This document shows, piece after piece, positions 27,025 through 38,895 of a DNA stretch of 53,951 nucleotides. A program made the position numbers and the translations under genes. Origin of the DNA: Pseudomonadota bacterium (GTDB lineage Bacteria > Pseudomonadota > Alphaproteobacteria > Rhodospirillales > 2-02-FULL-58-16); the NCBI GenBank assembly GCA_022545455.1, contig JACZQZ010000001.1, forward strand, positions 29,907-83,857, in the 5' to 3' direction. The notes beneath the pieces are model-generated. The model was not told the origin of the DNA, made no database searches, and was given only the letters and a program-made list of their open reading frames with translations. Every line of letters starts with the position of its first letter. The stretch's first letter is position 1.

Positions 27025-27651
27025 GTGACTCCGATCACCAGCCGCACCCTGACCCGGCAATGGATCAGCCGGCGATTCGCGCGCCACACGGTGCGCGCCG
27101 CGGGCGCGGTGCGCGGAGATCACGATCTCAATCCGGGCACCCCTCCGCGTGCACCGTTGACGCCCGCCGCGGTGCTGGTGCCCCTGATCGACCGCGCCCA
27201 GGGGCTGACCGTGCTGTTGACCCGGCGCACCGAGGATCTGGCCGACCACGCCGGGCAGATCAGCTTTCCCGGCGGCCACATAGAGCCCGGGGACGGCGTT
27301 GCGGAGGAGGCGGCGTTGAGGGAGACCGAGGAGGAAATCGGACTGCAGCGCCGGCATGTGGAAATCCTCGGCCGGCTGGACGATTATATCACGGGCACGG
27401 GCTTCAGGGTCACGCCGGTGGTGGCGGTGGTGGAGGTCCCCTTTGACCTGGCCCCGGACGCGGAAGAGGTGGCCGAGGTGTTCGAGGTGCCGTTGGCATT
27501 CGTTCTCGACCCCGCAAACCACCAGCGGCACAGCCGCCGATACGACGGGAAGGACCGCCATTTTTACGCCATGACCTACGGTGGGAAATTCATTTGGGGC
27601 GCCACCGCGGGCATGTTGGTCAACCTCTATGAGCGTCTGGTCCACCGATGA
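27025..27651 (+). CDS. CoA pyrophosphatase (NUDIX hydrolase, NudL-like)
   Basis: GTG start. LLTRRTEDLADHAGQISFPGG, then the Nudix box GHIEPGDGVAEEAALRETEEEIG. The upstream part of ORF 26662.. is not NUDIX-like. Confidence 0.85.
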   Translation: MTPITSRTLTRQWISRRFARHTVRAAGAVRGDHDLNPGTPPRAPLTPAAVLVPLIDRAQGLTVLLTRRTEDLADHAGQISFPGGHIEPGDGVAEEAALRETEEEIGLQRRHVEILGRLDDYITGTGFRVTPVVAVVEVPFDLAPDAEEVAEVFEVPLAFVLDPANHQRHSRRYDGKDRHFYAMTYGGKFIWGATAGMLVNLYERLVHR

Positions 27652-27923
27652 GTCGACTCCTGCTCCAATACCTGTTGCCCCTGCTGCTCCCCGCCGCCAT
27701 CTACTTCGGCTGGGTATGGCTGGCGAATCGTACCGGCAAGGGCCGGGCGGACGGGTCCACGGGGCTGCAGGAGGGCTCGTGGTTCTGGCTCGTCACCGCG
27801 GGATTGGCGCTGATGGTGGCGGGGCTGGTGTTTACGGCGCTGATGGGCCAGGGCCAAATGGAGGGGACGTATGAGCCGCCCCGCTTCGAAGGCGGCCGGG
27901 TCGTCCCCGGCACGGTCAAATGA
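27648..27923 (+). CDS. Small conserved membrane protein (two TM helices)
   Basis: 91 aa. The start overlaps the NUDIX stop (ATGA) and the stop overlaps the cca start, so it is translationally coupled within the NUDIX-cca operon. Confidence 0.6.
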   Translation: MSRLLLQYLLPLLLPAAIYFGWVWLANRTGKGRADGSTGLQEGSWFWLVTAGLALMVAGLVFTALMGQGQMEGTYEPPRFEGGRVVPGTVK

Positions 27924-29239
27924 TCGCGCCCGGCGGACGAGACGCGGGCGACAACAAGTGCGTCCCCGAGCCCACCGGCAAGGTCGCGCCCCAGCCGTGG
28001 ATCGCGGCGCCGGAAACCGTTGCCGTGGTCGAGGCCCTGGCGGCGGAGGGGGCGGAGGTCCGTTTCGTCGGCGGCTGCGTGCGCGACGCCGTGCTCCAGC
28101 GCCCGGTCGAGGACATCGACATCGCCACCCCGGAGCCGCCGGAAAGGGTCATCGCGCTGCTCGAGAAGGCCGGCATCAAGGCCATTCCCACGGGCATCGA
28201 ACACGGAACGGTTACCGCCGTGATCGGCGAGGCCCGCTTCGAGGTCACCACGCTGCGCGTCGACGTGGAAACCGACGGCCGCCGCGCCAAGGTGGCCTTC
28301 ACCGACGACTGGAGGGCGGACGCGGCGCGGCGCGACTTCACCATCAACACCCTTTCCTGCACGCTGGCGGGCGACATCTACGATCCCATGGGCGGTCTCG
28401 ACGACCTGGGCCATCACCGGGTGCGTTTCGTCGGCAACGCCGAGAAGCGCATCGAGGAGGATGTGTTGAGACTGCTCCGCTTCTTTCGCATGTACGCCGT
28501 CTATGGCCGGCCGCCGCCGGACATCGAAGCCCTTGCGGCCTGCCGGGCGTTGGCGCTCCGGCTTTCCGGGTTGTCGGGCGAGCGCGTGCGCGACGAGATG
28601 TTGCGCATCCTGATGGCGCCCGACGCCGCGGACACCATAGTGCTGATGCGGGGCGAAGGGGTGCTCGAACACGTCCTCCCCGAGGCCGGGGACGTGGGCA
28701 GGCTGCGCATGCTGACCTGGCTGGAGACCAGCGCCATCAAGGTCGCCTCGGTGGCTCCCGATCCCCTGCGGCGGCTGGCGGCCCTGCTCGATGTGGACGC
28801 CGCCAGGGCCGGGTCGGTGGCGGCGCGCCTCAGGCTGTCGAACCAGCAGACGGAACGGCTGGTGAGGATGGCGCCGCCGCCCCATGACGTGACCCCGGAC
28901 GTGGACGAACGTTCCCTCCGGCGCGCCCTCAACCGGGCGGGCGCCGACGTGGTCAGGGACCTCGTGCTGCTCGCCTGGGCCGGGGAGTTGGCCGTCACCC
29001 CACGCCGGCGGGGCGAGCGGACCCAGGCGTGGCTCGACACCCTCGCCGCGGCCGACGCCTGGACGCCGGTGGACTTCCCGCTGAAGGGCCGCGACGTGAC
29101 GGCCCTGGGCGTGCCCGCGGGCCCCCGCATCGGCGAACTGCTGGGCGCCGTGGAGGCGTGGTGGGAAGACGGCGACTACCGGGCCGACCACAAGGCCTGT
29201 CTGGAAAAGCTGGGCGCCCTGGCCGGCGGCGCCCGGTGA
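27920..29239 (+). CDS. cca: CCA tRNA nucleotidyltransferase (poly(A) polymerase family)
   Basis: Motifs: RFVGGCVRDAVL..EDIDIAT, TGIEHGTVT, RADAARRDFTINTL and FFRMYA. Confidence 0.9.
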   Translation: MIAPGGRDAGDNKCVPEPTGKVAPQPWIAAPETVAVVEALAAEGAEVRFVGGCVRDAVLQRPVEDIDIATPEPPERVIALLEKAGIKAIPTGIEHGTVTAVIGEARFEVTTLRVDVETDGRRAKVAFTDDWRADAARRDFTINTLSCTLAGDIYDPMGGLDDLGHHRVRFVGNAEKRIEEDVLRLLRFFRMYAVYGRPPPDIEALAACRALALRLSGLSGERVRDEMLRILMAPDAADTIVLMRGEGVLEHVLPEAGDVGRLRMLTWLETSAIKVASVAPDPLRRLAALLDVDAARAGSVAARLRLSNQQTERLVRMAPPPHDVTPDVDERSLRRALNRAGADVVRDLVLLAWAGELAVTPRRRGERTQAWLDTLAAADAWTPVDFPLKGRDVTALGVPAGPRIGELLGAVEAWWEDGDYRADHKACLEKLGALAGGAR

Positions 29240-29257
29240 GGGCGCCGGCCATGCGCC

Positions 29258-30109
29258 TTAAGGCCACAGGACCACGGGCGGCAGCGACATGAGGATGGCG
29301 TCGGTGTGGCCGCCGGTCTGCAGCCCGAACAGGGTGCCCCGGTCGTAGAGCAGGTTGAACTCCACGTAGCGGCCGCGTTTGATCAACTGCCGGCGGCGTT
29401 GCTCGTCGGTCCACGGCGTGTCCATGTGGCGGCGGGCGAGTTCCGGATAGACCTCCAGGAAGGCGCGGCCCACGTCGCGGGTGAAGGCGAAGTCCTTTTC
29501 CCAGTCCCCCGACGCGAGCTCGTCGTAGAAGATGCCGCCCACGCCGCGCGTTTCGTCCCGGTGGGGCAGGAAGAAGTATTCGTCGCACCACGCCTTGAAC
29601 CGGGCGTAGTCGGCGCAGTCATGGGCGTCGCAGGCGCGCTTTAGCGCCCCGTGGAATGCCCCGGTGTCGTCGGCGTCGGGGAAAACCGGGGTCAGGTCGG
29701 CGCCGCCGGCGAACCAGCCCCTGGTGGTGACGATCATGCGGGTGTTCATGTGCGCCGCCGGCACCAGGGGCGAGCACGGATGAAACACCACCGAGACGCC
29801 GGAGGCCCAGAACCGGGGGTCCTTTTCGGCGCCGGGGATTTTTTCGCGGAACTGGTCCGAGAATTCGCCGCTGACCGTAGAGACGTTGACTCCCGCTTTT
29901 TCGAAGACGCGGCCCCTGAGGACCGACATGGCCCCGCCGCCGCCGCCCTCGCGCCGCCACGCCGTGCGCTCGAAGCGGCCGGGCGGGCTGGCTTCGCCGG
30001 CGCCGGCAAACGCGTCCTCCAGATCCTCCAGCGCCGCGCACAGATCGTCGCGCAGGCTGTCGAACCAGGCGGCGGCGCGCTGTTTCTGGTCGTCCGTGGG
30101 CAGGGTCAT
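29258..30109 (-). CDS. hemF: Oxygen-dependent coproporphyrinogen III oxidase
   Basis: 283 aa from the internal Met (MTLPTDD...). Motifs: [32 protein letters not shown] and [18 protein letters not shown]. The 5' part of ORF 29258..30607 is an out-of-gene extension. Confidence 0.9.
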   Translation of the reverse strand: MTLPTDDQKQRAAAWFDSLRDDLCAALEDLEDAFAGAGEASPPGRFERTAWRREGGGGGAMSVLRGRVFEKAGVNVSTVSGEFSDQFREKIPGAEKDPRFWASGVSVVFHPCSPLVPAAHMNTRMIVTTRGWFAGGADLTPVFPDADDTGAFHGALKRACDAHDCADYARFKAWCDEYFFLPHRDETRGVGGIFYDELASGDWEKDFAFTRDVGRAFLEVYPELARRHMDTPWTDEQRRRQLIKRGRYVEFNLLYDRGTLFGLQTGGHTDAILMSLPPVVLWP

Positions 30110-30573
30110 GGCGCCTCCTCCGGAAAGCCGCCGGTCTGGCGCAGGGCCTCGCCCAGTACCATGGCCGCGGCGACGGCCACGTTGAGGGAACGCATGCCCG
30201 CGGCCATGGGAACGTGCACGCGGGCGTCGGCGGCCGCGTGGACGGTGTCGGGCACGCCGGCGCTCTCGCGTCCCACCAGTAGCACGTCGTCGGCGTGGAA
30301 GCGGAATGCCACGTAGGGCGTCTCCGCGCCGGTGGTGAGAAGCACCAGCCGTCCCATACCGTCGCCCCGTGCCGCCAGAAAGGCCGGCCACGAGACGTGG
30401 CGCCGGAGCGCCACCCGGTCCAGGTAATCCATGCCGGCGCGGCGCAGCCGCCGGTCCGAGAAGACGAAGCCGCAGGGCTCGATCACGTCCACGGGCACCT
30501 CCAGGCACGCCGCCAGGCGCAACATGGCGCCGGCGTTCTGGGGAATGTCCGGTTCGAAAAGGGCGAGGCGCAT
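30106..30573 (-). CDS. trmL: tRNA (cytidine/uridine-2'-O)-methyltransferase TrmL (SpoU family)
   Basis: 155 aa. [19 protein letters not shown], ...[11 protein letters not shown]... and [20 protein letters not shown]. The stop overlaps the hemF start by 4 nt. Confidence 0.9.
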   Translation of the reverse strand: MRLALFEPDIPQNAGAMLRLAACLEVPVDVIEPCGFVFSDRRLRRAGMDYLDRVALRRHVSWPAFLAARGDGMGRLVLLTTGAETPYVAFRFHADDVLLVGRESAGVPDTVHAAADARVHVPMAAGMRSLNVAVAAAMVLGEALRQTGGFPEEAP

Positions 30574-30808
30574 GGGGCCAACCGGTGACGGTGCGTTTCC
30601 ACGACAATCGGATTGAATATACACCGGAATCCCCCCATGTTCCCCCTTTCCAAGGCGGCGTATTTCATTATATTGTGCGCCCGCATCGTATCCACGGCAG
30701 GTTGCCCCGTGGGGGTGTTTGGCACCCCGTCCTCCGGTCCGGGTCGCTGCCTGAAGCGTTCGAAGTGTGGGACCGGCTCCACCGTGCGGGCAAAGAAGAG
30801 GCTTTTCC

Positions 30809-31363
30809 ATGACAGATGCCCCAACCGCCGCGGCCGGCGCGCCCCATGAGGGCGAAACCCGGCGCGACTTCCTGCTGATCGCAACGAGTGTGGTGGGCGC
30901 GGTGGGCACCGCGCTCGCCGTCTGGCCCCTCATCGACCAAATGAATCCGGCGGCGGACGTGCTGGCGCTGTCGTCGACCGAGGTCGACCTTTCCCCCATC
31001 GAGGTCGGCCAAAGCATCACCGTGGTGTGGCGCGGCAAGCCGGTCTTCATCCGCCGCCGCACGGCCAAGGAGATCACTAGGGCCAAGGCGGACGACACCT
31101 CCGATTTGCCCGATCCCCAGGCCGACGCCGACCGGGTGCAAAAGCCCGAATGGCTGATCCTGGTCGGCGTGTGCACCCATCTGGGCTGCATTCCGCTGGG
31201 CCAGAGGACGACCGAGCCCAGGGGTGATTTCGGCGGCTGGTTCTGTCCCTGTCACGGGTCCCACTACGACACGTCGGGGCGCATCCGCAAGGGGCCGGCG
31301 CCGGAGAACCTGGCGGTGCCCAAGTACGTGTTCGTGACCGACACCAAGATCAAGATCGGGTAG
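30809..31363 (+). CDS. petA: Ubiquinol-cytochrome c reductase Rieske iron-sulfur subunit
   Basis: Tat-like TRRDFLL and Rieske boxes CTHLGC and CPCHGSHYD. Confidence 0.95.
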   Translation: MTDAPTAAAGAPHEGETRRDFLLIATSVVGAVGTALAVWPLIDQMNPAADVLALSSTEVDLSPIEVGQSITVVWRGKPVFIRRRTAKEITRAKADDTSDLPDPQADADRVQKPEWLILVGVCTHLGCIPLGQRTTEPRGDFGGWFCPCHGSHYDTSGRIRKGPAPENLAVPKYVFVTDTKIKIG

Positions 31364-31372
31364 GCGCCGGCC

Positions 31373-32647
31373 ATGACCTCACCGACCTGGAACAACCCCG
31401 TCGTCAAGTGGATCGAATACCGCCTGCCGGTCTTCTCGTTCACGCAGGAACATCTGATCGACTACCCGACGCCGAAGAACCTGAACTACTGGTGGAACTT
31501 CGGCTCGCTGGCCGGAATCACGCTGACCATCATGATCGTCACCGGGATCGTCCTGGCCATGCACTACACGCCGCATGTGGACTACGCCTTCGAAAGCGTC
31601 GAGCGCATCATGCGCGACGTCAACTACGGCTGGCTGATACGCTACGTGCACATGAACGGCGGGTCCATGTTCTTCGCCGTCGTCTACATCCACATCTTCC
31701 GCGGCCTCTATTACGGCTCTTACAAGGCCCCGCGCGAGATGCTGTGGATCATCGGCATTATCATCCTCCTGACCATGATGGCGACGGCCTTCTTGGGCTA
31801 TGTGCTGCCGTGGGGGCAGATGAGCTTCTGGGCCGCCACCGTGATCACCAACATGTTCTCCGCCTTTCCGTTGATCGGCGAGCCGATCGTGAGCTGGTTG
31901 TGGGGCGGGTTCTCGGTGGACAACCCGACGCTCAACCGCTTCTTCTCGCTGCACTACCTGCTGCCCTTCGTGATCTTCGGCCTGGTGTTCGTGCACCTGT
32001 GGGCGCTCCATGTGCACCATTCCAACAACCCGCTGGGGATCGACACCAAGGGACCGCAGGACATCCTTCCGTTCCATCCCTACTACACGATCAAGGACCT
32101 GTTCGGGCTCGGCGTGTTCATGCTGGTCTTCCTCGGTTTCGTGTTTTTCGCGCCCAACTTTTTCGTTGAGCCGGACAACTACATCAAGGCCAACCCCATG
32201 CAGACGCCGACCCACATCGTGCCCGAATGGTACCTGACGCCGTTCTACGCGATCCTCAGGGCGATCACGTTCGACATCTGGTTCATCCCGGCCAAGCTGA
32301 TCGGGGTGATGGCCATGTTCGGCTCCGTCCTGATCCTCGTGCTCGTGCCCTGGCTGGACACCTCGAAGGTGCGCAGCGCCCGGTACCGGCCCATCTACAA
32401 GCAGGTGTACTGGTTCTTTGTCATCGACTGCATTGTCCTGGGCTGGGTCGGTTTCAACAGTCCCGATGCCATGTTCATGGGCGCGGTCTCGTTTCTCAGG
32501 ATCGGGCAGGTGGCCACGGCGTACTATTTCCTTCATCTGCTGGTCGTGATGCCCGTGCTCGGCAAGCTGGAGCGGCCACGGTCCCCGCCGGAAAGCATCA
32601 GCGCGGCGGTCACCAAAGAAACCGACACGGTCACGGAGGCGGCCTGA
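31373..32647 (+). CDS. petB: Cytochrome b
   Basis: 424 aa. Conserved haem ligand contexts (...[12 protein letters not shown]..., ...HYLLPF...), [13 protein letters not shown]. Confidence 0.95.
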   Translation: MTSPTWNNPVVKWIEYRLPVFSFTQEHLIDYPTPKNLNYWWNFGSLAGITLTIMIVTGIVLAMHYTPHVDYAFESVERIMRDVNYGWLIRYVHMNGGSMFFAVVYIHIFRGLYYGSYKAPREMLWIIGIIILLTMMATAFLGYVLPWGQMSFWAATVITNMFSAFPLIGEPIVSWLWGGFSVDNPTLNRFFSLHYLLPFVIFGLVFVHLWALHVHHSNNPLGIDTKGPQDILPFHPYYTIKDLFGLGVFMLVFLGFVFFAPNFFVEPDNYIKANPMQTPTHIVPEWYLTPFYAILRAITFDIWFIPAKLIGVMAMFGSVLILVLVPWLDTSKVRSARYRPIYKQVYWFFVIDCIVLGWVGFNSPDAMFMGAVSFLRIGQVATAYYFLHLLVVMPVLGKLERPRSPPESISAAVTKETDTVTEAA

Positions 32648-33405
32648 TGCGCAAATTCGTTCTTGGCGCGGCCCTGGCGCTGACCCTCGGCGCCGGCACG
32701 GCGTTCGCCGCCGAGGCCCCGAAACCGCCCGCCCAGGCGTGGTCGTTCAACGGCGTCTTCGGCACCTTCGACCGCGCCGCGCTCAGACGCGGCCTGCAGG
32801 TCTACACGGAGGTCTGCGCCGCCTGTCATTCCCTGGGACTTGTCTACTACCGTCACCTGCAATCGATCGGCTTCAGCGAAGAGGAGATCAAGGCCGTCGC
32901 CCGCGAGTTCGAGGTCGAGGACGGCCCCAATGACGATGGCGAAATGTTTACCCGGCCGGCCAAGCCGACCGATCCGTTCGCCTCACCGTTCCCCAACGAC
33001 CAGGCGGCGCGGGCGGCCAACGCCGGGGCGTTTCCGCCGGACCTGTCGGTGATGACCAAGGCCCGCAAGGGCGGGGAGGACTACCTGCATGCCGTGCTCG
33101 TCGGTTACAGGGACGAGGCGCCGGCGGGCGTCGAGGTGATGGAGGGATTGTTCTTCAACGAATACTTCCCCGGCCATCAGATCGCCATGCCGCCGCCGCT
33201 GGCGGACGACGCGGTGGAGTACGCCGACGGCACCAAGGCCACCGTGCAACAGATGTCCATGGACGTTACCACCTTCCTCGCCTGGGCGGCGGAGCCGACG
33301 ATGGAGGACCGCAAGCGTCTGGGGATCAAGACGCTGCTCTTCCTCCTCGTGCTGACGGCCATGCTCTACGCGCTCAAGCGAAAGGTCTGGTCCGACGTGC
33401 ACTAG
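32647..33405 (+). CDS. petC: Cytochrome c1
   Basis: The ATG overlaps the petB TGA. It has a signal peptide, haem site CAACHS, PPDLS and a C-terminal TM anchor. Confidence 0.95.
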   Translation: MRKFVLGAALALTLGAGTAFAAEAPKPPAQAWSFNGVFGTFDRAALRRGLQVYTEVCAACHSLGLVYYRHLQSIGFSEEEIKAVAREFEVEDGPNDDGEMFTRPAKPTDPFASPFPNDQAARAANAGAFPPDLSVMTKARKGGEDYLHAVLVGYRDEAPAGVEVMEGLFFNEYFPGHQIAMPPPLADDAVEYADGTKATVQQMSMDVTTFLAWAAEPTMEDRKRLGIKTLLFLLVLTAMLYALKRKVWSDVH

Positions 33406-33440
33406 GGTCCGCCCGCCGCCGCCCCGGCGCGGGCCGTCCG

Positions 33441-34100
33441 TTACCCGGTTTCCCCCTGTCCCCGGGCGTCCTGGCCGTAGGCCTTGAATTTCTCCAGCAC
33501 CCCATCCATCTCGGCGTCGTCGAGCAGGGTGGGCTCGCCCACCTGCAGGACGCGCCAGTACTGTTCGGCCAGGGCCTCCACCTCCACGGCCAGGGCCAGG
33601 GCCGCCTTCAGGGCCGGTCCCACCGCGATCATGCCGTGGTTGGCGAGCAGGCAGGCGCGGCGGCCCTCCAGCGCCGTCACCGCCGCGTCGGACAGTGCCT
33701 GGGTGCCGAAGGTGGCGTAGGGAGCGCAGCGGATGTCCCTGCCGCCGGCGACGGCGATCATGTAGTGGAACGCCGGGATCCCGCGGCCCAGGCAGGCGAG
33801 CGTCGTGGCGAAGGTGGAGTGGGCGTGGACGACGGCGCCGACCTCGGGACGGGCGGCCAGGATGTCGCGGTGGAAACGCCACTCGCTGGACGGCCGGCGC
33901 CGGTCGTCGGAGGCGCCGTCCATCCCCATCTCGACGATGTCGCCGGGGCGGCATTCCTCATACGGGATGCCCGAAGGGGTGATGAGCAGCCCTCCGTCGA
34001 CGCGCGCGCTGATGTTGCCCGATGTGCCGCGGTTGAGGCCGAGCGCGTTCATCCTGCGCGCCGTCTCGATGATTTCCCGGCGCCGGCGCTGGTGCCTCAT
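33441..34100 (-). CDS. Class II aldolase/adducin-family protein (MtnB-like dehydratase or Ald2-type MTRu-1-P aldolase)
   Basis: 219 aa from the internal Met. Motifs: [24 protein letters not shown] and VVHAHS. The start overlaps the mtnA stop by 4 nt. Confidence 0.85.
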   Translation of the reverse strand: MRHQRRRREIIETARRMNALGLNRGTSGNISARVDGGLLITPSGIPYEECRPGDIVEMGMDGASDDRRRPSSEWRFHRDILAARPEVGAVVHAHSTFATTLACLGRGIPAFHYMIAVAGGRDIRCAPYATFGTQALSDAAVTALEGRRACLLANHGMIAVGPALKAALALAVEVEALAEQYWRVLQVGEPTLLDDAEMDGVLEKFKAYGQDARGQGETG

Positions 34101-35203
34101 GGCGCCCGGGCCTTGTGCTCGGGAAACAGGGCCGCCAGGCCCTCGGCGGAGGCCCCGCACACCCCGCGCTCGGTGATCAACCCGGTCACCAGGCGGGCCG
34201 GCGTGACGTCGAAGGCGTAGTTGGCCGCCGGGCTGCCCTCGGGGGTGATGGTCACCGAGGCCTCGGCGCCGTCGGCGGTGCGCCCGGTCATGCACGTCAC
34301 CTCGCCGGCGTCGCGCTCCTCGATGGGGATGTCGCGGGCGCCGTCGCGGATGGTCCAGTCGATGGTCGGGCTGGGAAGGGCGACATAGAACGGCACGCCG
34401 TTGTCGAAGGCGGCGAGGGCCTGCAAATAGGTCCCGATCTTGTTGCACACGTCGCCCGAGGCCGTGGTGCGGTCGGTCCCGGTGATGCACAGGTCCACCA
34501 TGCCTTGCTGCATGAGGTGCCCGCCCGCGTTGTCGACGACCACCGTGTGGGCGACCCCGTGCTGCCCCAGCTCCCACGCCGTCAGGCGCGCGCCTTGATT
34601 GCGCGGGCGGGTCTCGTCCACCCACACGTGGATGGGGAGGCTCAGGTCGTGGGCCTTGTAGACGGGCGCCAGCGCCGTGCCCCAGTCCACCGTCGCCAGC
34701 CAGCCGGCGTTGCAGTGGGTGAGCACGTTGACGCGGCCGGTTTTGCCTTTCCCTTCCCACGCCTGTTCGATCAGCGCCAGTCCGTGGTCGCCGATGGCGG
34801 CGCAGATCTCCACGTCCTCGTCGCAGATCTCGGCGGCCCGCCGGTAGGCGGCCTCGGCCCGGCGCCCGGGCGGCAACTGCCTGAGGACGCCCATCATGTC
34901 GTCCAGCGCCCAGCGCAAATTCACGCCCGTGGGGCGGGTCCCGAGCAGGAGCTCGAAGGCCGAGTTGAGGGCGCGGTCGGAGGGGTCCCGCCGCACCGCC
35001 AGGCACAGGCCGTAGGCGGCCGTGGCGCCGATCAGGGGGGCGCCGCGCACCTGCATGTCGGTGATGGCGCGGGCCGCGTCGGCGACGGTTTCCAGGCGCA
35101 CGGTGACGAAGGCGTGGGGCAGCCGCGTCTGGTCGATGACCTCCACCGCCCAGCCGTCCGCGGCCGGCCAGATGGTGCGGTAGTGGGTGCCCTCGACTAT
35201 CAT
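34097..35203 (-). CDS. mtnA: S-methyl-5-thioribose-1-phosphate isomerase
   Basis: 368 aa. Motifs: [60 protein letters not shown] and [13 protein letters not shown]. Confidence 0.9.
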   Translation of the reverse strand: MIVEGTHYRTIWPAADGWAVEVIDQTRLPHAFVTVRLETVADAARAITDMQVRGAPLIGATAAYGLCLAVRRDPSDRALNSAFELLLGTRPTGVNLRWALDDMMGVLRQLPPGRRAEAAYRRAAEICDEDVEICAAIGDHGLALIEQAWEGKGKTGRVNVLTHCNAGWLATVDWGTALAPVYKAHDLSLPIHVWVDETRPRNQGARLTAWELGQHGVAHTVVVDNAGGHLMQQGMVDLCITGTDRTTASGDVCNKIGTYLQALAAFDNGVPFYVALPSPTIDWTIRDGARDIPIEERDAGEVTCMTGRTADGAEASVTITPEGSPAANYAFDVTPARLVTGLITERGVCGASAEGLAALFPEHKARAP

Positions 35204-35210
35204 CGGCTGG

Positions 35211-36095
<885 letters not shown>

Positions 36096-36230
36096 GAATA
36101 AGACCCTCCGTCCCGGTGGGCCACAGTTTTCCAGCTTCCCGCCGGCGCTTCAACCGGTATCGGGGTTTTACGCGGCGGCGGGGCGGGCCGGAGAGATCGC
36201 AGCCGCCTTTCCGCGCCCATCCCGGGTGTC

Positions 36231-36477
36231 GGCGTTGAAAAATAAATTAACGCAGAGGACGCGGAGGAACGCCGAGGATTCCGCCACCGAGCGCACAAGG
36301 GACACAGGGCGCGCCGCAAGAAAATTTACACCACCAGGACACCAGGAACACCAAGGCGCAATGGGCGCCCGACCGGTGTGCCAGAAAACTGGTGCACTAT
36401 GCGCCTTGTTCGGTGACGTGTTCTTTAACTTTTCCTCCGCGTCCCTTTGCGTCCTCCGCGTTGAAATTAAAAATGCC
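36231..36477. mobile_element. ~247-bp MITE-like element with terminal inverted repeats
   Basis: The left end is GGCGTTGAAAAATAAATTAACGCAGAGGACGCGGAGGAA. The reverse complement of the right end is GGCATTTTTAATTTCAACGCGGAGGACGCAAAGGGACGCGGAGGAA. No ORF; lower-GC interior. Confidence 0.6.
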
Positions 36478-36500
36478 GGGAAAGGGGAGGGACTACCCTA

Positions 36501-36828
36501 GTGGCCTTTATCAGCTAAATTGCGCCCATACGACGGCGTTGCGAGGTTTCCGGCTAGGAGCGCGTCGCGCCCTGGTGTGCGTGCACCACAAGCGGCGCGC
36601 GACGACGTCCGGAAGCCTCGCAACGCCGCCCTTCGGGTCGCTTTTCCCGTCCCCTCGGGGGTCGCGGGGGCGCCCCCCGCATAACGTAGCCGGGGGGACA
36701 CCCCCCGGTGTGGCCCCTCGGGGCGTCGGGAAGGCTTGCCGATGGCCCCGCATCGCCGGCGCCTCCCCTCCTGCCGAGGAAACGGGAAAAGCGATCGTAG
36801 GGGTGCACTTTAGCTGATACAGGCCGCC
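36501..36828. mobile_element. ~330-bp GC-rich long imperfect palindrome (MITE-like element or structured RNA); second copy at 1-143
   Basis: Termini GTGGCCTTTATCAGCTAAATTGCGCCCATACGAC and GATCGTAGGGGTGCACTTTAGCTGATACAGGCCGCC are inverted repeats. Internal arms pair (GGCGTTGCGAGGTTTCCGG / CCGGAAGCCTCGCAACGCC; CTTTTCCCGT / ACGGGAAAAG). The centre carries GCGGGGGCGCCCCCCGC and CCGGGGGGACACCCCCCGG. Confidence 0.7.
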
Positions 36829-36853
36829 AGGGGGCCATGCCGCGGCGCGGGAA

Positions 36854-37498
36854 TCACGCGTGCCGGCGCACTTTTTTCACCCTTTTGCGCAATTCGGCGA
36901 GGAGGCCTTCGACCTTTCCGCCGTTCTCGCGGATGACCGAGGCGAACTCCGAGCGCTGGGTCTGGCTTATGCTCACGCCTTTGACCATCACGTCGGTGAT
37001 CTTGTACTGGCCGGCGCCGGTGCGCGCCCGCCAGTCAACCCGCACCCGCCAGTCGACCGGCAACGGGGTTTCGCCGTCGCGGCCGATGATTTGCGAAGAC
37101 ACGATGACGTCCCCGGTTCCCTTGGTGACCGTCCTGGTGACCGACAGGCGCATGCCTGCGTACCTGGCGAAGCGATCGACGTAGGTGGCGACCAACAGGT
37201 CCTCGAACAGGGCCAGGAACTCGGTCCGTTCGGCCGCCGTCGCCTGCCGCCAGTAGCGCCCGAGGACCCATTGCGCGATGGCCTGTACCGCAAAGTGATC
37301 GTTGAAAAGGGCGCGAAACCGTGCCACCCGCCGCGGCCGGGGCAGGTCGGGAACCGTCAGGGCGGCAATCGTCCTGTCGGCGAGGGACTCGATGAAACGC
37401 TGTGCCCCCTCCGCGAATTCGTCCGCCCGGGCGGGGAACCCCGAAACGGCGAGCGCCAGGGCCACACAGGCCGTCAGGAATTCCCGTCGCCTCGGCAT
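36854..37498 (-). CDS. MlaC/Ttg2D-family phospholipid-binding periplasmic protein
   Basis: 214 aa. It has a signal peptide (RRREFLTACVALALAVSGFPARA), ...FDHFAVQAIAQWVLGRYWRQAT..ER.EF...F......Y..RF and a YKITDVMVKGVS C-terminal block. Confidence 0.8.
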   Translation of the reverse strand: MPRRREFLTACVALALAVSGFPARADEFAEGAQRFIESLADRTIAALTVPDLPRPRRVARFRALFNDHFAVQAIAQWVLGRYWRQATAAERTEFLALFEDLLVATYVDRFARYAGMRLSVTRTVTKGTGDVIVSSQIIGRDGETPLPVDWRVRVDWRARTGAGQYKITDVMVKGVSISQTQRSEFASVIRENGGKVEGLLAELRKRVKKVRRHA

Positions 37499-37566
37499 CG
37501 CCCGCCTACCGGCGCCATGTCTTCGGGACGGGAGGGCGAACCGCCGTCTTGCCGCCCGGCCCGGTG

Positions 37567-38895
37567 TCAGCCCTGGAATACATAGCGTCCCGCCTGGATG
37601 AACTTCATCGGGTTCTTGGCCTTACGCTTGAACAGCACCTCGTAATGCAGGTGTGCGCCGGTGCTGCGGCCGGTGTTGCCGAGGAGGCCGATCTTCTGGC
37701 GGAATTTCACCTTCTGCCCCTTCTTGACCAGGGTCTTGTGAAGATGCCCGTAGCGGGTCTTGATCCCGGCCCCGTGATCGATTTCGATCATCTTTCCGTA
37801 TTTGCCGTTCCAGCCCACAGAGGTGACCACGCCGGGCGCCGTGACGTAGACCGGCGATCTTAGGGTACCGCCCATATCCAGCCCGTAATGGGAGGCCCAT
37901 CTCTTGTTGATGGGGTCGCGCCGCTTGCCGAAGCTGCTGGTGATGTAAAAGGAATTGAGCGGCGCCGTCAGGGGCAGTTTGCGCATCACCGCCTCAAGGG
38001 CCTTGGAATGCTGGAGGCGGGCGTCCAGGGTCGTGAGGTTGGCTTTCAGGCGGTCGGCGGGAAGGGCATCGGGCTCGGCCTCGATGAAGGGTCCCCCTTG
38101 TCCCTTGGGCAGGCCGGCGTCCGCCTTGAGAAGCTGGTCCACCGCCAGCCCGGCCAGGGCGACCACCCTTTCCATGGAATCGATGTAGGCGATGGCCCGG
38201 TCGGTCAGTTTCTGCACCGATGCCAGCTCCGCTTCCTGGAGGTCGCCGAGCCGGGTCTCCAGATCCTTGATGTGGCGGCGCATCCGGTTGCCTTCGAACA
38301 GGGCCCGGTTGCGTTCCACCATTGCGGTCTGCAGATCTCCCTCGACCGCGCCCAGGTTGTCCTTGAGGGCGAAGTTGCGGCCGGCCAGGGCGCTCATCCT
38401 GTCTTCGATCTCGCGCAACTGCCCATTCAGGTTTTCGCGCACGGCGATCACGTGTTCCCGTTCCTCCTCGGTCCTGGTGAGCTGGCCTTCCACGGACCTC
38501 AGATTTTGCTGCAGGGCCGCGTTGCGCACCACCAGGTTCAGCATCAGGGCGTGGTTTTCCTCCAGATCCAGGGTGATGGAGGCGAATTTCTTCTGATACT
38601 CGGAAACCTCGTGGAGCAGGCTCCGGTACGCAAGGCGGCCGCTGGCGATCTGGTTGTCCTTGAGGGCGAGCACCTGGTGGTGGAGCACATAGCTGACCGA
38701 GGTGAAGGCCGACCACGTGCCGGCCAGCACGAGCACGGCCACTAGCATGATCTGCGCCCGGCGGGAGAAGCGTATGAAGGAGGCCCGCCCCCCGGTACGA
38801 AGCAGAAGCTGCCGTTCGGGGAAAAGCCGGTGAAGGATATCGCGGGAGCGTTCCCGCCAAACCGATTTTTGCTGCCGCCTTGCTGCGGTGCCCAT
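37567..38895 (-). CDS. M23 family metallopeptidase with N-terminal TM and long coiled-coil region
   Basis: The C-terminus reads FGKRRDPINKRWASHYGLDM..., IEIDHGAGIKTRYGHL and GNTGRSTGAHLHYEV. The start is chosen at MGTAARRQQ (38895). Confidence 0.85.
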   Translation of the reverse strand: MGTAARRQQKSVWRERSRDILHRLFPERQLLLRTGGRASFIRFSRRAQIMLVAVLVLAGTWSAFTSVSYVLHHQVLALKDNQIASGRLAYRSLLHEVSEYQKKFASITLDLEENHALMLNLVVRNAALQQNLRSVEGQLTRTEEEREHVIAVRENLNGQLREIEDRMSALAGRNFALKDNLGAVEGDLQTAMVERNRALFEGNRMRRHIKDLETRLGDLQEAELASVQKLTDRAIAYIDSMERVVALAGLAVDQLLKADAGLPKGQGGPFIEAEPDALPADRLKANLTTLDARLQHSKALEAVMRKLPLTAPLNSFYITSSFGKRRDPINKRWASHYGLDMGGTLRSPVYVTAPGVVTSVGWNGKYGKMIEIDHGAGIKTRYGHLHKTLVKKGQKVKFRQKIGLLGNTGRSTGAHLHYEVLFKRKAKNPMKFIQAGRYVFQG

